A DNA stretch of 64,000 nt from Thainema sp. (GTDB lineage Bacteria > Cyanobacteriota > Cyanobacteriia > Phormidesmidales > Phormidesmidaceae), in contig JBQLZK010000022.1 in NCBI GenBank assembly GCA_052168235.1, positions 30,804 through 94,803 of the forward strand, given 5' to 3'. Both the position numbers and the translations under genes were made by a program. A model generated the notes under the pieces. That model ran no database searches. It was not told where the DNA came from and worked only from the letters and a program-made list of their open reading frames with translations. Below, piece by piece: positions 22,197 through 32,837 of the stretch. Position 1 is the stretch's first letter; each line of letters starts with the position of its first letter.

Positions 22197-23540
22197 CTAC
22201 TGGACATCTGCGATCGCATTATCCGCTGGTGCTTTCTTGACGAACGCCACCTGTTTTGCCGTATCCCACGGAGAACTGTTGGCATTCGCATAAGCTGAAT
22301 CTGGCTCTCCCTTCGAGCGTGTTACCCGATCAAACAGGGCCTCATAGCGATCTAAAGCTCGCTCAAAAGAATACTGATCGACTGCATGACGCCGTCCCTG
22401 CTCACCTAAAGCTTTAGCTTCCTCCGGGCTCCGGTAGAGCATTTTAATCGCTTCGGCCAAGTGATAGGGAGATTGGGGTTTGACGACAACTCCGGCCCGG
22501 CTCCGGGCGACTGCATGTGCAGCAGTCCCCTGTGGCGGTACAGATGCAATAATCGGTCGGCCACTAGCCAAGAGAACCTGAGTTTTGGACGGCATATTAA
22601 ACGAGACGACATTGCGCTTTTGCACAATCAGGCCGACATCAGCAGCGGCCAACATCTCGGGTAACTGGTGACGCGGCTGGAACGGCAGGAGCAGTACATT
22701 ATTAAGGTTTTTGGCCTCGCAGCGCTCGCGCAGCGCATGCAGCGCTTTTTTCTCGCCCACAATCACAAACTGAATATCAGGAATATCCTTAATCCGTTCT
22801 GCCGTATCAATAACCGTTTCCAGTCCCTGAGTTAACGCGATATTGCCGGAATACATGACTACGAACTTATCCTCTAAGCCATGAGCGGCTCGAAAAGCAT
22901 TCCCTTCCTTGGGCAGTGGTCGGATAAAGTTCACATCAACCCAGTTTGGAATGATGGTCATCTTGTCTTGAGATACACCCTTCTTAGCCAGATTCTCGAC
23001 AAAGCCGTCAGTGATAACGCTAATCGTATGCGCCGTGCGGTAGGAAAATTGCTCTAGCCATTCAAAAACGCGAATTGCCAGCTTATTACGAATCAGACCA
23101 ACATGCACCGCTGCTTCAGGCAAGATGTCTTGCAAATTCAAGACCACCGGACAGCGATTAAACCAGCCCAGCAGAGCCGCTGGAACAGAAACAGGAAGCG
23201 GCGGCACAGTTAGCAAAATGACATCTGGTTGCCAGCGACCGAAACCACGTAGGAAGCTAGTCGCCGCAAAACTGGCATCTAGCAGCATACGGGCCAGTAA
23301 ACCTGGCTTGGGACGAATCCAGACATAACAGCGGTGGACTGTCACTCCATTTTCGACTCGGGTATCGTAAAACTTACCTTGATATTCTTCATAAATACGG
23401 CGCTGAGGATAGTTCGGCATACCAGTCAGCACATGAACATCATGACCTCGTGCGGCAAGCCCCTCTGCCAACTCTGTCATTAACGGTGCAATCCCAATTG
23501 GCTCAGGATGATAATTGTAAGAATAGATGAGAATACGCAT
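22197..23540 (-). CDS. Glycosyltransferase family 4 (WcaI-like)
   Basis: MRILIYSYNYHPE, PNYP, YSGNI and PSK motifs. Confidence 0.9.
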   Translation of the reverse strand: MRILIYSYNYHPEPIGIAPLMTELAEGLAARGHDVHVLTGMPNYPQRRIYEEYQGKFYDTRVENGVTVHRCYVWIRPKPGLLARMLLDASFAATSFLRGFGRWQPDVILLTVPPLPVSVPAALLGWFNRCPVVLNLQDILPEAAVHVGLIRNKLAIRVFEWLEQFSYRTAHTISVITDGFVENLAKKGVSQDKMTIIPNWVDVNFIRPLPKEGNAFRAAHGLEDKFVVMYSGNIALTQGLETVIDTAERIKDIPDIQFVIVGEKKALHALRERCEAKNLNNVLLLPFQPRHQLPEMLAAADVGLIVQKRNVVSFNMPSKTQVLLASGRPIIASVPPQGTAAHAVARSRAGVVVKPQSPYHLAEAIKMLYRSPEEAKALGEQGRRHAVDQYSFERALDRYEALFDRVTRSKGEPDSAYANANSSPWDTAKQVAFVKKAPADNAIADVQ

Positions 23541-24032
23541 GGGTTAAGACTAAACGTTAAATGGTTGGTAGAGTCGTTTGGCTATGTTGCCGCGATCGCA
23601 CTTCGGCAGAATTTAGCATCTGTTGGTTGACTTATTGTTAATACTTGTTGAAGCATTTGTAAAAACTGGGGGGGCTAGAGTAGATGAGTCCTGATATTCT
23701 CTGTAAAAATAGAATGAGTTGATAGCTAGAATCATTTCTGAGTTCATGACATGGTTTACCATTCGTTAGTTCATGATTCATTCATGATTCGCTTCCACTT
23801 TGGCACTGCCAGATGGAAGTGCAAGTGACATGCGTCAACAGAGTGAACTCAAATTTGGAATCTATTGTCATTGCTGTTGCTCAACTACCGGACAAACATG
23901 CTGAACGTACCTCGATATGAGAAAAAATCCTGCTATCTACATCAACCTTTGATCAGCTAATTGTTTACATTTCCTGACATTTTGGAGCTTACGACTCGAT
24001 TTCACTAAGAGTGATTCACTCAAAGTGGTGAG

Positions 24033-24314
24033 TTAGAAAGCTACCCGAAAGTCTGGATACGTCTCTGGGGGCTCGGTTTGAACCCGCACGTTAGTGACTT
24101 GAGCGGCGGGAGGGCCACTGTGGCACCACTGAAGCATGGAATCCACTGCTGCTTGGTTACCAACAAAGACGGCTTCAACTGCCCCAGTAGACAAATTGCG
24201 TACCCAACCTTTGAGATTCCGCTGATTTGCTTGCTGGCGAGTCGAGGCTCGATAGCCGACCCCCTGAACCTGACCTTCAATCCAAACGTGAACTTGCACG
24301 ATATCTGCACTCAT
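24033..24314 (-). CDS. acyP: Acylphosphatase
   Basis: GQVQGVGYR, GWVRNL..G.VE and GPPAA motifs. Likely ATG at 24314. Confidence 0.92.
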   Translation of the reverse strand: MSADIVQVHVWIEGQVQGVGYRASTRQQANQRNLKGWVRNLSTGAVEAVFVGNQAAVDSMLQWCHSGPPAAQVTNVRVQTEPPETYPDFRVAF

Positions 24315-24655
24315 TTTTTTAGGTGAATAATAAATGAATGTCGCGGGTTCAGCATCTTTATGATGGCTGAAGTCTGCTTTGCAATCAGCAGTAAATTCTC
24401 CTAAAAATTTGCAGCTGTTTTGTGGGGGGAAGTTTAGAACCTGCAAGAACTACGCAAAGCAACGGTCTTATCCAAGTCTTATACGGCATCTGATTAGACA
24501 ACCTCCAAAGCTAAACTACAGTCGTTTTTCTGCTCTGGTTTTCATCTTAAGCGGATGTAACTGGACTCGTTGGAGATTAAGGCTTTCATGAATTAAAGCT
24601 AAAGATTTCGTAGGATGAATGTAAAGCTGTCGTCAAGAATTTGCCAGGAAAATTC

Positions 24656-25987
24656 ATGACCAAACTCAATCAATCATCTCAATGGAATGCTAGCCGTTTT
24701 CTCAGTACCCTTAGTTACTTTGGCGAAATACCGTTTTTGGGCAGTATTCGCTGGCTACAGCAGCTTTTGGGCCGCACCACATCCCCTCAACCAACAGATG
24801 TCATGTCGCAGTCGCCTCAATCCGTTTTACTCATTGGCCAAGGTCAAATTTCGACTCGAATCAGCGAGCAACTCCGGATAGCTGACCAATCGGTAGCGAT
24901 GGTAACAGGTCAGGACGTACTGGCACGAGATGCGATCGCAGATCTTCCAGCCGTCAATTCCGTCTCTTCTGCGACCAATGCGAGCGTTGATACCATCATC
25001 ATTGACGCGAGTGAGCAATCGGATTTGTCTAACCTGTCAGCAGATTCGGTTCGGCAGATAACGGAGCGGTTGGTTCAGCATTTACGCAAAATCGCTGCTG
25101 GCTCAACACCTGTTGCAGGGCCTTCGCACGGTCAAACACAGATATTATTTAATTTTGCCAATTCTGATATGGATGTGCAGGCCATTTGGGGTGCTCTCGA
25201 CGATGTGGTAATGGGCGGCGTCAGCGAGAGCGGTATGCGCAAGGCGGATGATGTCGTGCTTTTTACGGGGAATGTGTCAACCGCAAATTCCGGTGGTTTT
25301 GCCTCGGTGCGCACTCGCAACTTTGAACCACCGTTTGACCTCAGAGGCTGGGACGGCATTCGGTTACGCGCAAAAGGCGACGGAAATCGCTACAAGTTTA
25401 TTTTACGGAACAGCTCCGGTTGGGATTCTGTTGCCTACTACTATTCATTTGATACGGCTGCTAATGGGTGGATAACGGTAGACATTCCGTTTAATCAGTT
25501 TATTCCTACCTTTCGGGCAAAAACAGTGGATGATGCGCCACCGTTGAATCCGGCTCTGATTTGTTCATTTCAGTTCATGCTGAGCAAGTTTGAGCATGAT
25601 GGTGGACTCAATCCCCATTTTTCGCCCGGTGAGTTTCAGCTCGCGATCGCAGAAATTTCGGCCTATCGTTCTGCTACTGCGAGCGCATTTCCCCAGATTC
25701 TTTTTATCAGTTCCACCCAGTCTGGTATTACAGCCCAGATGCAGCAACAGCTTCAGGCAGTGATGGGGCAAGAGCTTTGCTGTACTACGGTGCAGTATGA
25801 ATTACTAGCAGCAGAATCGCCATCCCATCCCATTACCCTCTATCGCCAGACAGAAGCCACTCAGTCTCAGGTAGTAGAAACTGATCAGAAGGCGCTCAGT
25901 GCTGAAGATGTCGCCAAAGCTGCGCTCGCAATTTTGCAGCGATCTGATGTGGCTAATCAAACCTGGATTGCCCAACGTAAGGCGTAA
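24656..25987 (+). CDS. CIA30 family protein with degenerate flanking NAD(P)-binding-like segments
   Basis: WGALDDVVMGGVS, NSGGFASVR, GDG.RYK and LSKFE.DG.LNP motifs. Confidence 0.85.
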   Translation: MTKLNQSSQWNASRFLSTLSYFGEIPFLGSIRWLQQLLGRTTSPQPTDVMSQSPQSVLLIGQGQISTRISEQLRIADQSVAMVTGQDVLARDAIADLPAVNSVSSATNASVDTIIIDASEQSDLSNLSADSVRQITERLVQHLRKIAAGSTPVAGPSHGQTQILFNFANSDMDVQAIWGALDDVVMGGVSESGMRKADDVVLFTGNVSTANSGGFASVRTRNFEPPFDLRGWDGIRLRAKGDGNRYKFILRNSSGWDSVAYYYSFDTAANGWITVDIPFNQFIPTFRAKTVDDAPPLNPALICSFQFMLSKFEHDGGLNPHFSPGEFQLAIAEISAYRSATASAFPQILFISSTQSGITAQMQQQLQAVMGQELCCTTVQYELLAAESPSHPITLYRQTEATQSQVVETDQKALSAEDVAKAALAILQRSDVANQTWIAQRKA

Positions 25988-26139
25988 TACCGTCATCAAA
26001 ATCTAAGCATCATGTGAGGCGCTGGCGCTGCTGGCGTCTCACATGACATTCTGCAATTTCTAACTTGGCATCCGAAAATCGCCGGTAAAGATTGTAGCAT
26101 ATGTAGTATATCTAGAAGGGCTGCATGGGGAGGGGACGG

Positions 26140-27972
26140 GTGGCTAATTTTCGAACCGTCTTAAATTACTATCGACCCTATCGTGCGATCGCGTTTTTTA
26201 GCATCGCTGCGAGTAGTGGGTTTGAAATTATCGATTTGGCCGTGCCCTATGCGATTGGGCAGGTGTTAAATGTTTTGTCGGGTCAACCTGTAGATGAACT
26301 GAGTCAGCAGGTCATCAATGGAGTGTCTCAAATTACCGGCGTTTCAGCGGGACGAGGACTTGCGATCGCGGTTTTGATGGGCGTGATTTTCCTGGTGACA
26401 GTTGTGCGAGCACCAATTCAGCCGTGGCTCGGCGTTTGGTATCACTGGATTGTGTCGCTCAAGGCGCGACGCGATCATTTCAAACAGGCAACGCGGCAAA
26501 TTCTGACGCTGCCGCTGGATTTCTATGACGAGAATAATCCAGGCCGAATTGCCGGACGGATTACGCGCGGATTGGAGAACCATACCTGGACGTATCCGGA
26601 AATTGCGGGACAGCTCGTGCCGAAGCTCATGCGGGTGCTGGGCATTTTCGTAATCATCTTGCTGATTGAGTGGCGGATTGCGGTTTTGTTTGTCATTTCA
26701 TTTGTGGCGATTTTGGCTTTCACCTTGACTAACCTAAAGCGGTTAATTCAACGTGAAGATCGGCTCGATCGCTACATGGAAAATACCCAAAGTCGCACAT
26801 CTGAGCTGATCACGAACATCAAAACCGTTAAGGCGTTTGCCACCGAACACAGCGAATTTGCTCGACAGCAGCAGCGGCTCAACCGCGAATATGATGTCGT
26901 CGTTTATCGGATTCACAAAGGCTACGTGATGCTGTTTACCTGGCAGCGCACGTTTATCCAGATGTGCGTGTTTGGCGTCTTGCTGCTCACGCTGTTCGCA
27001 GTGCTGCGAGGGCAGATGTCGCTGGGGCACTTTGTCACGACGCTGACTATCTCGAACATGGCCTATGCCGAGTTGGAACCGATCAGTGCCCTGGCCGAGA
27101 TCTTTTCCCGTCGCTATACCTCAATCCAGCGTTTTCATGATTTTATGGAACTTCCCGCTGGACAGGACGCAGCGGAATTCAGTACGGTCCTGGACGAAAC
27201 CCGTCCTCCGGTTGACCTGAGCTATCAATTTACGGGCAAGCTGGAACTGCGGAATTTATCCTTCAGCTATAACCCGGATAAGCCTGTTTTGCAGGATATC
27301 AATTTGCTGATTCATCCCTGTCAGACGGTGGCGCTGGTTGGACGATCGGGTTCGGGAAAATCAACATTAGTCAAACTGCTGTTCCGCTACTTTGAACCGA
27401 GTCAGGGTCAAATCCTGATTGACGGGCAGAATATCCGGCGACTGGACATCACGGCCTACCGGAAGCGACTGGCGATCGTACATCAGGAAGTTGATGTCTT
27501 TAACGGCACGCTGCTGGATAATCTCACTTACGGCAATCCCAAGGCCACCTTTGAGCAAGTCGAAGAAGCCTGTCGGATTGCCAGAGTCGATGAGTTTCTG
27601 GACCTGCTGCCGCGCGGTTACTACACGATGGTGGGTGAGCGAGGTGTGCGCTTATCCGGTGGTCAACGCCAGCGAATTGGCATCGCCAGAGCCTTACTGG
27701 TTGATCCAGACGTACTGGTGTTTGACGAAGCGACCTCCAGTTTGGACTATGAATCAGAACGCTCGATTCAGCTTGCCATGCGGAGTATTCTCGGTACGCG
27801 CACGACAATTGTGATTGCCCACCGCTTGAGTACGGTGCGAGAAGCGGACAAAATAGTCGTACTCGATCAGGGCCACATTGCCGAAGTGGGCAACCATGAG
27901 GAACTGCTGCGACATGGTGGGATTTATCACCGATTGCATGCGTTGCAGGAAACAGGCGAATTACTAGCCTAA
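26140..27972 (+). CDS. ABC transporter, fused permease/ATP-binding (exporter type)
   Basis: TMD plus Walker A GRSGSGKS, LSGGQ signature, DEATS and IAHRL. ORF open from 26125. Confidence 0.95.
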   Translation: MANFRTVLNYYRPYRAIAFFSIAASSGFEIIDLAVPYAIGQVLNVLSGQPVDELSQQVINGVSQITGVSAGRGLAIAVLMGVIFLVTVVRAPIQPWLGVWYHWIVSLKARRDHFKQATRQILTLPLDFYDENNPGRIAGRITRGLENHTWTYPEIAGQLVPKLMRVLGIFVIILLIEWRIAVLFVISFVAILAFTLTNLKRLIQREDRLDRYMENTQSRTSELITNIKTVKAFATEHSEFARQQQRLNREYDVVVYRIHKGYVMLFTWQRTFIQMCVFGVLLLTLFAVLRGQMSLGHFVTTLTISNMAYAELEPISALAEIFSRRYTSIQRFHDFMELPAGQDAAEFSTVLDETRPPVDLSYQFTGKLELRNLSFSYNPDKPVLQDINLLIHPCQTVALVGRSGSGKSTLVKLLFRYFEPSQGQILIDGQNIRRLDITAYRKRLAIVHQEVDVFNGTLLDNLTYGNPKATFEQVEEACRIARVDEFLDLLPRGYYTMVGERGVRLSGGQRQRIGIARALLVDPDVLVFDEATSSLDYESERSIQLAMRSILGTRTTIVIAHRLSTVREADKIVVLDQGHIAEVGNHEELLRHGGIYHRLHALQETGELLA

Positions 27973-28251
27973 AGTTTGGCTAAAGCACAAAGCAATACAG
28001 GGTGCCGAATCTCGGCACCCTGTATTGCTTTGTGCTGCTGCGATCTAAAGGTGCAGCAAACAGACCACTTCTGTGAGTGAACCGACATGTGAAAAAGTGT
28101 CTCTTTGCAGTGGTTGTAACTAGCAAACCTTGCAGCAAATATTCGACTCAACTAAGTCAAGGAACCCTGAATTAATCTGCCCAAACACAAAACCAAGCTT
28201 AAGCAGAGACATCATCATAGCCCTGGGGAGTTATAAAAATAACGGTATTTC

Positions 28252-28265
28252 GTATTGATAATTAC
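28252..28265 (+). promoter_or_regulatory. Putative NtcA-binding site
   Basis: GTA-TTGATAAT-TAC is an exact GTA-N8-TAC. A CATCAT -10-like hexamer lies 23 nt downstream. Confidence 0.6.
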
Positions 28266-28292
28266 AGTCTGAAGTCCTGCGAGCCTTTCATC

Positions 28293-29774
28293 ATGCATAC
28301 ATCTCACGTGATTCAGTCGCCAATGATGCAGTCGCAAACAAACAGAACCGTGCAATTCAATCAATATGACCCTGAAGACTTTTACGACGAACTGTTTTTG
28401 GAAGATGCCACTCCCCGCGCAGAGGCAAAACTGCTGATTGAGCGGTTAGGTTCTCTATCCATCGACGAAATTAAGCGTCGTCAGCAGGCTGCCCAAAATG
28501 CACTGTTCAAGCTGGGTGTAACATTTAACGTCTATAGCGATAATCAAGGCACCGAGAGAATTTTTCCGTTCGATATCGTGCCTCGGATTGTGGCATCAAA
28601 GGAATGGGATTGGCTAGAAAGAGGGCTAAAACAGCGAATTCAGGCGCTTAATCTGTTCATTCATGATATTTACCACGATCAAAAAATCATCAATGACGAC
28701 ATCATTCCCCGCGACCTGATTGAGTCGGCCACTGGCTATCTCAAACCCTGCATCGGTTTAGAACCACCTGAGGGCATCTGGTGTCACATCACGGGAACGG
28801 ACTTAGTGCGCGATCGCAGTGGTGAATGGTTTGTCTTAGAAGACAATATGCGCTGTCCGTCCGGCGTTTCCTACGTATTGGAAAATCGACGGGTGATGAA
28901 GAGTACGTTCCCGCAAATTTTTCAGCAGATGAATATTCGGCCTGTGGATGACTATCCCAGCCAGTTGCTAGAAACGCTGCTCAATCTAGCACCGCCTGTG
29001 CCCGATCCGCGCGTGGTTGTGTTGACTCCCGGCATGTATAACTCGGCCTACTTTGAACACTCCTTCCTGGCCCAGCAGATGGGAGCAGAACTGGTGGAAG
29101 GACGAGATTTGGTCGTCTCCGATGGCTTCCTGAAAATGCGCACGACCAAAGGACTAGAGCGGGTTGATGTCGTCTATCGCCGCATTGATGATGATTTTCT
29201 TGATCCGAGAGAGTTCCGTTCCGACTCGATGCTGGGTATACCGGGAATTATGGATGTACTCCGGGAAGGTCGAGTTGCGATCGCAAATGCACCCGGTACA
29301 GGCGTGGCCGATGACAAAGTTATCTACGCCTATGTACCACAAATGATCAAGTACTATCTCGGCGAAGACCAAATTCTGTCCAACGTACCCACCTATCTCT
29401 GCTGGGAACCGAAGCAGTTAGATCACGTGTTGCAGAATCTCGATTCGCTCGTCGTCAAAGCAGCCAATGAATCCGGTGGCTATGGCATGCTGATGGGTTC
29501 TCAAGCTACTCCTGAAGAACGGGCCGAATTTGCGGAACGAATTAAAGCCAATCCGCGCAACTACATCGCCCAGCCGACGCTCAATATTTCGCGGGTACCG
29601 ACGCTGATCGGTGATCGGTTTGAAGGCCGACATGTGGATTTGCGCCCCTACATCCTCTACGGCAAAGACATCTACGTAAATCCGGGCGGTTTAACCCGTG
29701 TGGCGCTCAAGAAAGGTTCTCTAGTGGTCAATTCATCCCAAGGTGGCGGTAGCAAAGATACGTGGGTGATTTAG
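28293..29774 (+). CDS. Circularly permuted type 2 ATP-grasp protein
   Basis: [34 protein letters not shown] and [14 protein letters not shown] motifs. True start may be a few codons downstream. Confidence 0.93.
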   Translation: MHTSHVIQSPMMQSQTNRTVQFNQYDPEDFYDELFLEDATPRAEAKLLIERLGSLSIDEIKRRQQAAQNALFKLGVTFNVYSDNQGTERIFPFDIVPRIVASKEWDWLERGLKQRIQALNLFIHDIYHDQKIINDDIIPRDLIESATGYLKPCIGLEPPEGIWCHITGTDLVRDRSGEWFVLEDNMRCPSGVSYVLENRRVMKSTFPQIFQQMNIRPVDDYPSQLLETLLNLAPPVPDPRVVVLTPGMYNSAYFEHSFLAQQMGAELVEGRDLVVSDGFLKMRTTKGLERVDVVYRRIDDDFLDPREFRSDSMLGIPGIMDVLREGRVAIANAPGTGVADDKVIYAYVPQMIKYYLGEDQILSNVPTYLCWEPKQLDHVLQNLDSLVVKAANESGGYGMLMGSQATPEERAEFAERIKANPRNYIAQPTLNISRVPTLIGDRFEGRHVDLRPYILYGKDIYVNPGGLTRVALKKGSLVVNSSQGGGSKDTWVI

Positions 29775-29884
29775 GAATTTTCATCACACCCACAACCGTT
29801 TGATAGGGGCAGGTTTAGCAATTAGAGCGGCACCGCCCACCGAACCCAATTTTCAGCACGACCTAAATAAACTCCAATTTACCT

Positions 29885-30838
29885 ATGCTTAGTCGCGTCG
29901 CAGATTCAATTTACTGGCTGAACCGCTATGTTGAGCGGGCCGAAAACGTGGCTCGGTTCATCGATGTCAACCTGAACCTTCTACTCGATTCGCCTGTGGG
30001 AGTAGCCCAGCAGTGGGAACCTCTCATTATCACTACGGGCGATCGCGGATTATTCAAGGAACGATATGGCGAAGCCAACGCAGAGAACGTCATTCAATTT
30101 CTCACCTTTGACGGCAGCTATTCCAATTCCATTTGCTCCTGTCTCGAACGGGCTCGTGAAAATGCTCGTTCGGTCAGGGAAATCATCTCCTCGGAAATGT
30201 GGGAGCAGTTAAATGCCTTCTACTACATGGTTAGAGATGCGGCCAAAAATCCCCAATCAACCGATATCCACGACTTTTTCACAGAGGTCAAGCTATCTAG
30301 TCACCTATTCACCGGCATTATGGATGCCACGTTCGCCCACAACGAAGGCTGGCACTTTGGCCAAATTGGCCGCTTACTAGAGCGAGCCGATAAAACCTCA
30401 CGCATTCTAGATGTGAAGTATTTTATCTTGCTGCCTTCTGTAACTGATGTAGGTGGGGTTTTAGATGAACTCCAGTGGATTGCCCTCCTGAAATCTGCCA
30501 GTGCGTACGAAATGTACCGTAAGCGGCAGTACCGGATCACGCCTAACGCGGTCACTGAGTTTTTAATTTTGGATCGGGAATTCCCTCGTTCTATTCAGTT
30601 TTGCCTCATCCACGCGGAACAGTCGCTCCATCAAATTCTAGGTATGCCATTAGGCACCTGGCGCAAAGAAAGCGATCGCGCTTTGGGTCGATTACGCTCC
30701 GAACTGGACTACATCACAATTGAAGAAGTGATTGAAAACGGACTGCACGAATTTTTAGACCGGATTCAGTGCCGCGTTAATGATATTAATGACAAGCTGT
30801 TTTCTGACTTCTTTGCATTGGAGCCTGTAGAAGTGTGA
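29885..30838 (+). CDS. Alpha-E domain protein
   Basis: MLSRVADSIYW..RY.ERAE, ARENAR, ERAD and FPRS motifs. Confidence 0.93.
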   Translation: MLSRVADSIYWLNRYVERAENVARFIDVNLNLLLDSPVGVAQQWEPLIITTGDRGLFKERYGEANAENVIQFLTFDGSYSNSICSCLERARENARSVREIISSEMWEQLNAFYYMVRDAAKNPQSTDIHDFFTEVKLSSHLFTGIMDATFAHNEGWHFGQIGRLLERADKTSRILDVKYFILLPSVTDVGGVLDELQWIALLKSASAYEMYRKRQYRITPNAVTEFLILDREFPRSIQFCLIHAEQSLHQILGMPLGTWRKESDRALGRLRSELDYITIEEVIENGLHEFLDRIQCRVNDINDKLFSDFFALEPVEV

Positions 30839-30897
30839 TTGTGAAGCTACTTGTCAACTGATCGACTGTTCAATTTTTTGTTGATGGCATCCAGCCT

Positions 30898-31758
30898 GTG
30901 CATTATCGAATCAAACACATAACCCACTATACCTACAGCAAACCTGTACCCCTCATGCCGCATGTTGTCCGTCTGCGACCTCGCAGCGATGGACAGCAAA
31001 TTGTTCATCAGTTTTCTATGCAGATTGATCCGAAACCAACAGGTTGGTCTGAACTGACTGAACTAGACGGCAATGCCATCACGCGGCTGTGGTTTACCGA
31101 TCTTGAGCTGGAGTCGCTCAAGATACATGTCACGTCTGAGGTGGAAACGCTCGGCTCTAATCCGTTCAATTATCTGCTGGAAACTTGGGCAACTCATCTG
31201 CCAATTCACTATCCCCAAATGATGGCGCTCCATCTCCAGCCTTACCTCCAGGGCCAATATACCCAAACGATTGACCCAGTTGCGATCGCACTTGCCCAAG
31301 ACATCTACCACAGCGTTGATCGCCAGGTGGTTCCGTTTCTCACTACGCTCAATCAGCGCATCCATGATGAGTGTGAATACACAGTGCGGGAAACGGGAGA
31401 ACCGTTCCCCGCTGGAATTACGTGGCAGGAAAAACTCGGATCGTGCCGCGACTATGCGGTTTTGTTTGTTGAAGCCTGTCGGGCAGTTGGTTTAGCGGCT
31501 CGGTTCGTCAGCGGCTACCAAAAACCTGATCCAGATGCCAAAAATCTCGACCTCCACGCTTGGGCAGAGGTGTATTTGCCAGGTGCGGGCTGGCGTGGAT
31601 TTGATCCGACAAATGCTGTTGCTGTCGCCGATCATCACGTGCCGCTGGTCGCAACCTCCCACCCTCGCTATGCTTCACCTGTATCAGGGATACTGCGTCC
31701 CGGCAGTCATGCTCAGTCAAATATGGACACACAAATTAAGTTTGAGATTATTGAGTAA
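30898..31758 (+). CDS. Transglutaminase family protein
   Basis: H.T.Y.Y N-terminus; GSCRD, ARFVSGY, HAWAEVY and GFDPTN (Cys-His-Asp triad). Confidence 0.93.
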   Translation: MHYRIKHITHYTYSKPVPLMPHVVRLRPRSDGQQIVHQFSMQIDPKPTGWSELTELDGNAITRLWFTDLELESLKIHVTSEVETLGSNPFNYLLETWATHLPIHYPQMMALHLQPYLQGQYTQTIDPVAIALAQDIYHSVDRQVVPFLTTLNQRIHDECEYTVRETGEPFPAGITWQEKLGSCRDYAVLFVEACRAVGLAARFVSGYQKPDPDAKNLDLHAWAEVYLPGAGWRGFDPTNAVAVADHHVPLVATSHPRYASPVSGILRPGSHAQSNMDTQIKFEIIE

Positions 31759-31890
31759 CCCTGAGTAACGCTGAATTTGCCACGCCTATTGTGTACCTTG
31801 CCAATTAGAACCACAGGAGGGGAATTTTGCCGCATCATATTGGCAAAATTCCCCTCCTGAATTTTGGGACCAAATTCGGTATGAGATCCT

Positions 31891-32601
31891 TTAAAGTCGC
31901 TTTTTAAGCATACGAGTTGCACCCAGCGCGACTAGACCTAAAGCAGCAGCGGTTGTTGGTTCAGGGATATCTTTTACGACATCTTCAACATTCGCAACAA
32001 AGAGCGTTGCGTGGGACAGTCCAAGTGGAATGCCTCGCTTATTCGTGGCCACCCCATCAGTAATCCAGCTACCACCTAGCACATCGTCAGCGCTTTCAAA
32101 AAAGTAAGCGCTCCAGTAGTTGCCAGCTTTGAGGCTGATAACAAAAGGGCCGTCAATTGAGCTATCAATGCTCCAGTTGCCCGCAGTACCGTTAGAATCA
32201 ACGTCAAAATTCAGCAGACCACCTCCTTCATCGGATTTCCCGATAAAGTCCCAGTCTGTTATGCCGTTGAAAACACCACTGGATAGCTGGTCAAATAGGG
32301 CACCGGAACCATCACCCTGAGCATCATTACCGCCAAATTGACCAATGCAAGACGTTGCATTGGTTGAGCCACCACCAACTAAATCAAATGTGACAGAACC
32401 GGACTCACAGCTTACCGATGATGACGTTGATGTCTGTTCTTTGTCCTGATTTTTGTCACTTCCACCATCCTTAGATGTCTGTTCTTTGTCCTGATTTTTG
32501 TCATTTCCACCACCCTTATTGGATGGCTTTGCCTCTGCACTGATAGGTGCCAGCAGGATTCCAGCCATCAAGAGGGTTCCAAACAACAGCTTTAGTTTCA
32601 T
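31891..32601 (-). CDS. PEP-CTERM sorting domain protein
   Basis: Signal peptide (AEA|); C-terminal IPEPTT, then a TM helix and basic tail. Confidence 0.9.
   Translation of the reverse strand: MKLKLLFGTLLMAGILLAPISAEAKPSNKGGGNDKNQDKEQTSKDGGSDKNQDKEQTSTSSSVSCESGSVTFDLVGGGSTNATSCIGQFGGNDAQGDGSGALFDQLSSGVFNGITDWDFIGKSDEGGGLLNFDVDSNGTAGNWSIDSSIDGPFVISLKAGNYWSAYFFESADDVLGGSWITDGVATNKRGIPLGLSHATLFVANVEDVVKDIPEPTTAAALGLVALGATRMLKKRL
32429..32518. repeat. 45-bp in-frame tandem duplication within the PEP-CTERM gene
   Basis: Two near-identical copies beginning GATGTCTGTTCTTTGTCCTGATTTTTGTCA, encoding DKNQDKEQTS twice. Confidence 0.9.
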
Positions 32602-32837
32602 GTTGTCCAAAATCCTTGTCGAAACTCCGAAGACCGCAATCAGTACAGAACAGATATAACTGTTACATTCGATACTGGATTGCCAATTTCAAGGTAGCAG
32701 CAAGGATCTCAACATACCCTCAGTAATATTAGGGTGTCAGCAGCATCTTATTCGACTCTTCACAAAGCTAAGTATCTTGTGTATTTACGCTAGTTGATAC
32801 ACAAAAGCTAGTATTAACACGGAGACAATATTCAAAT

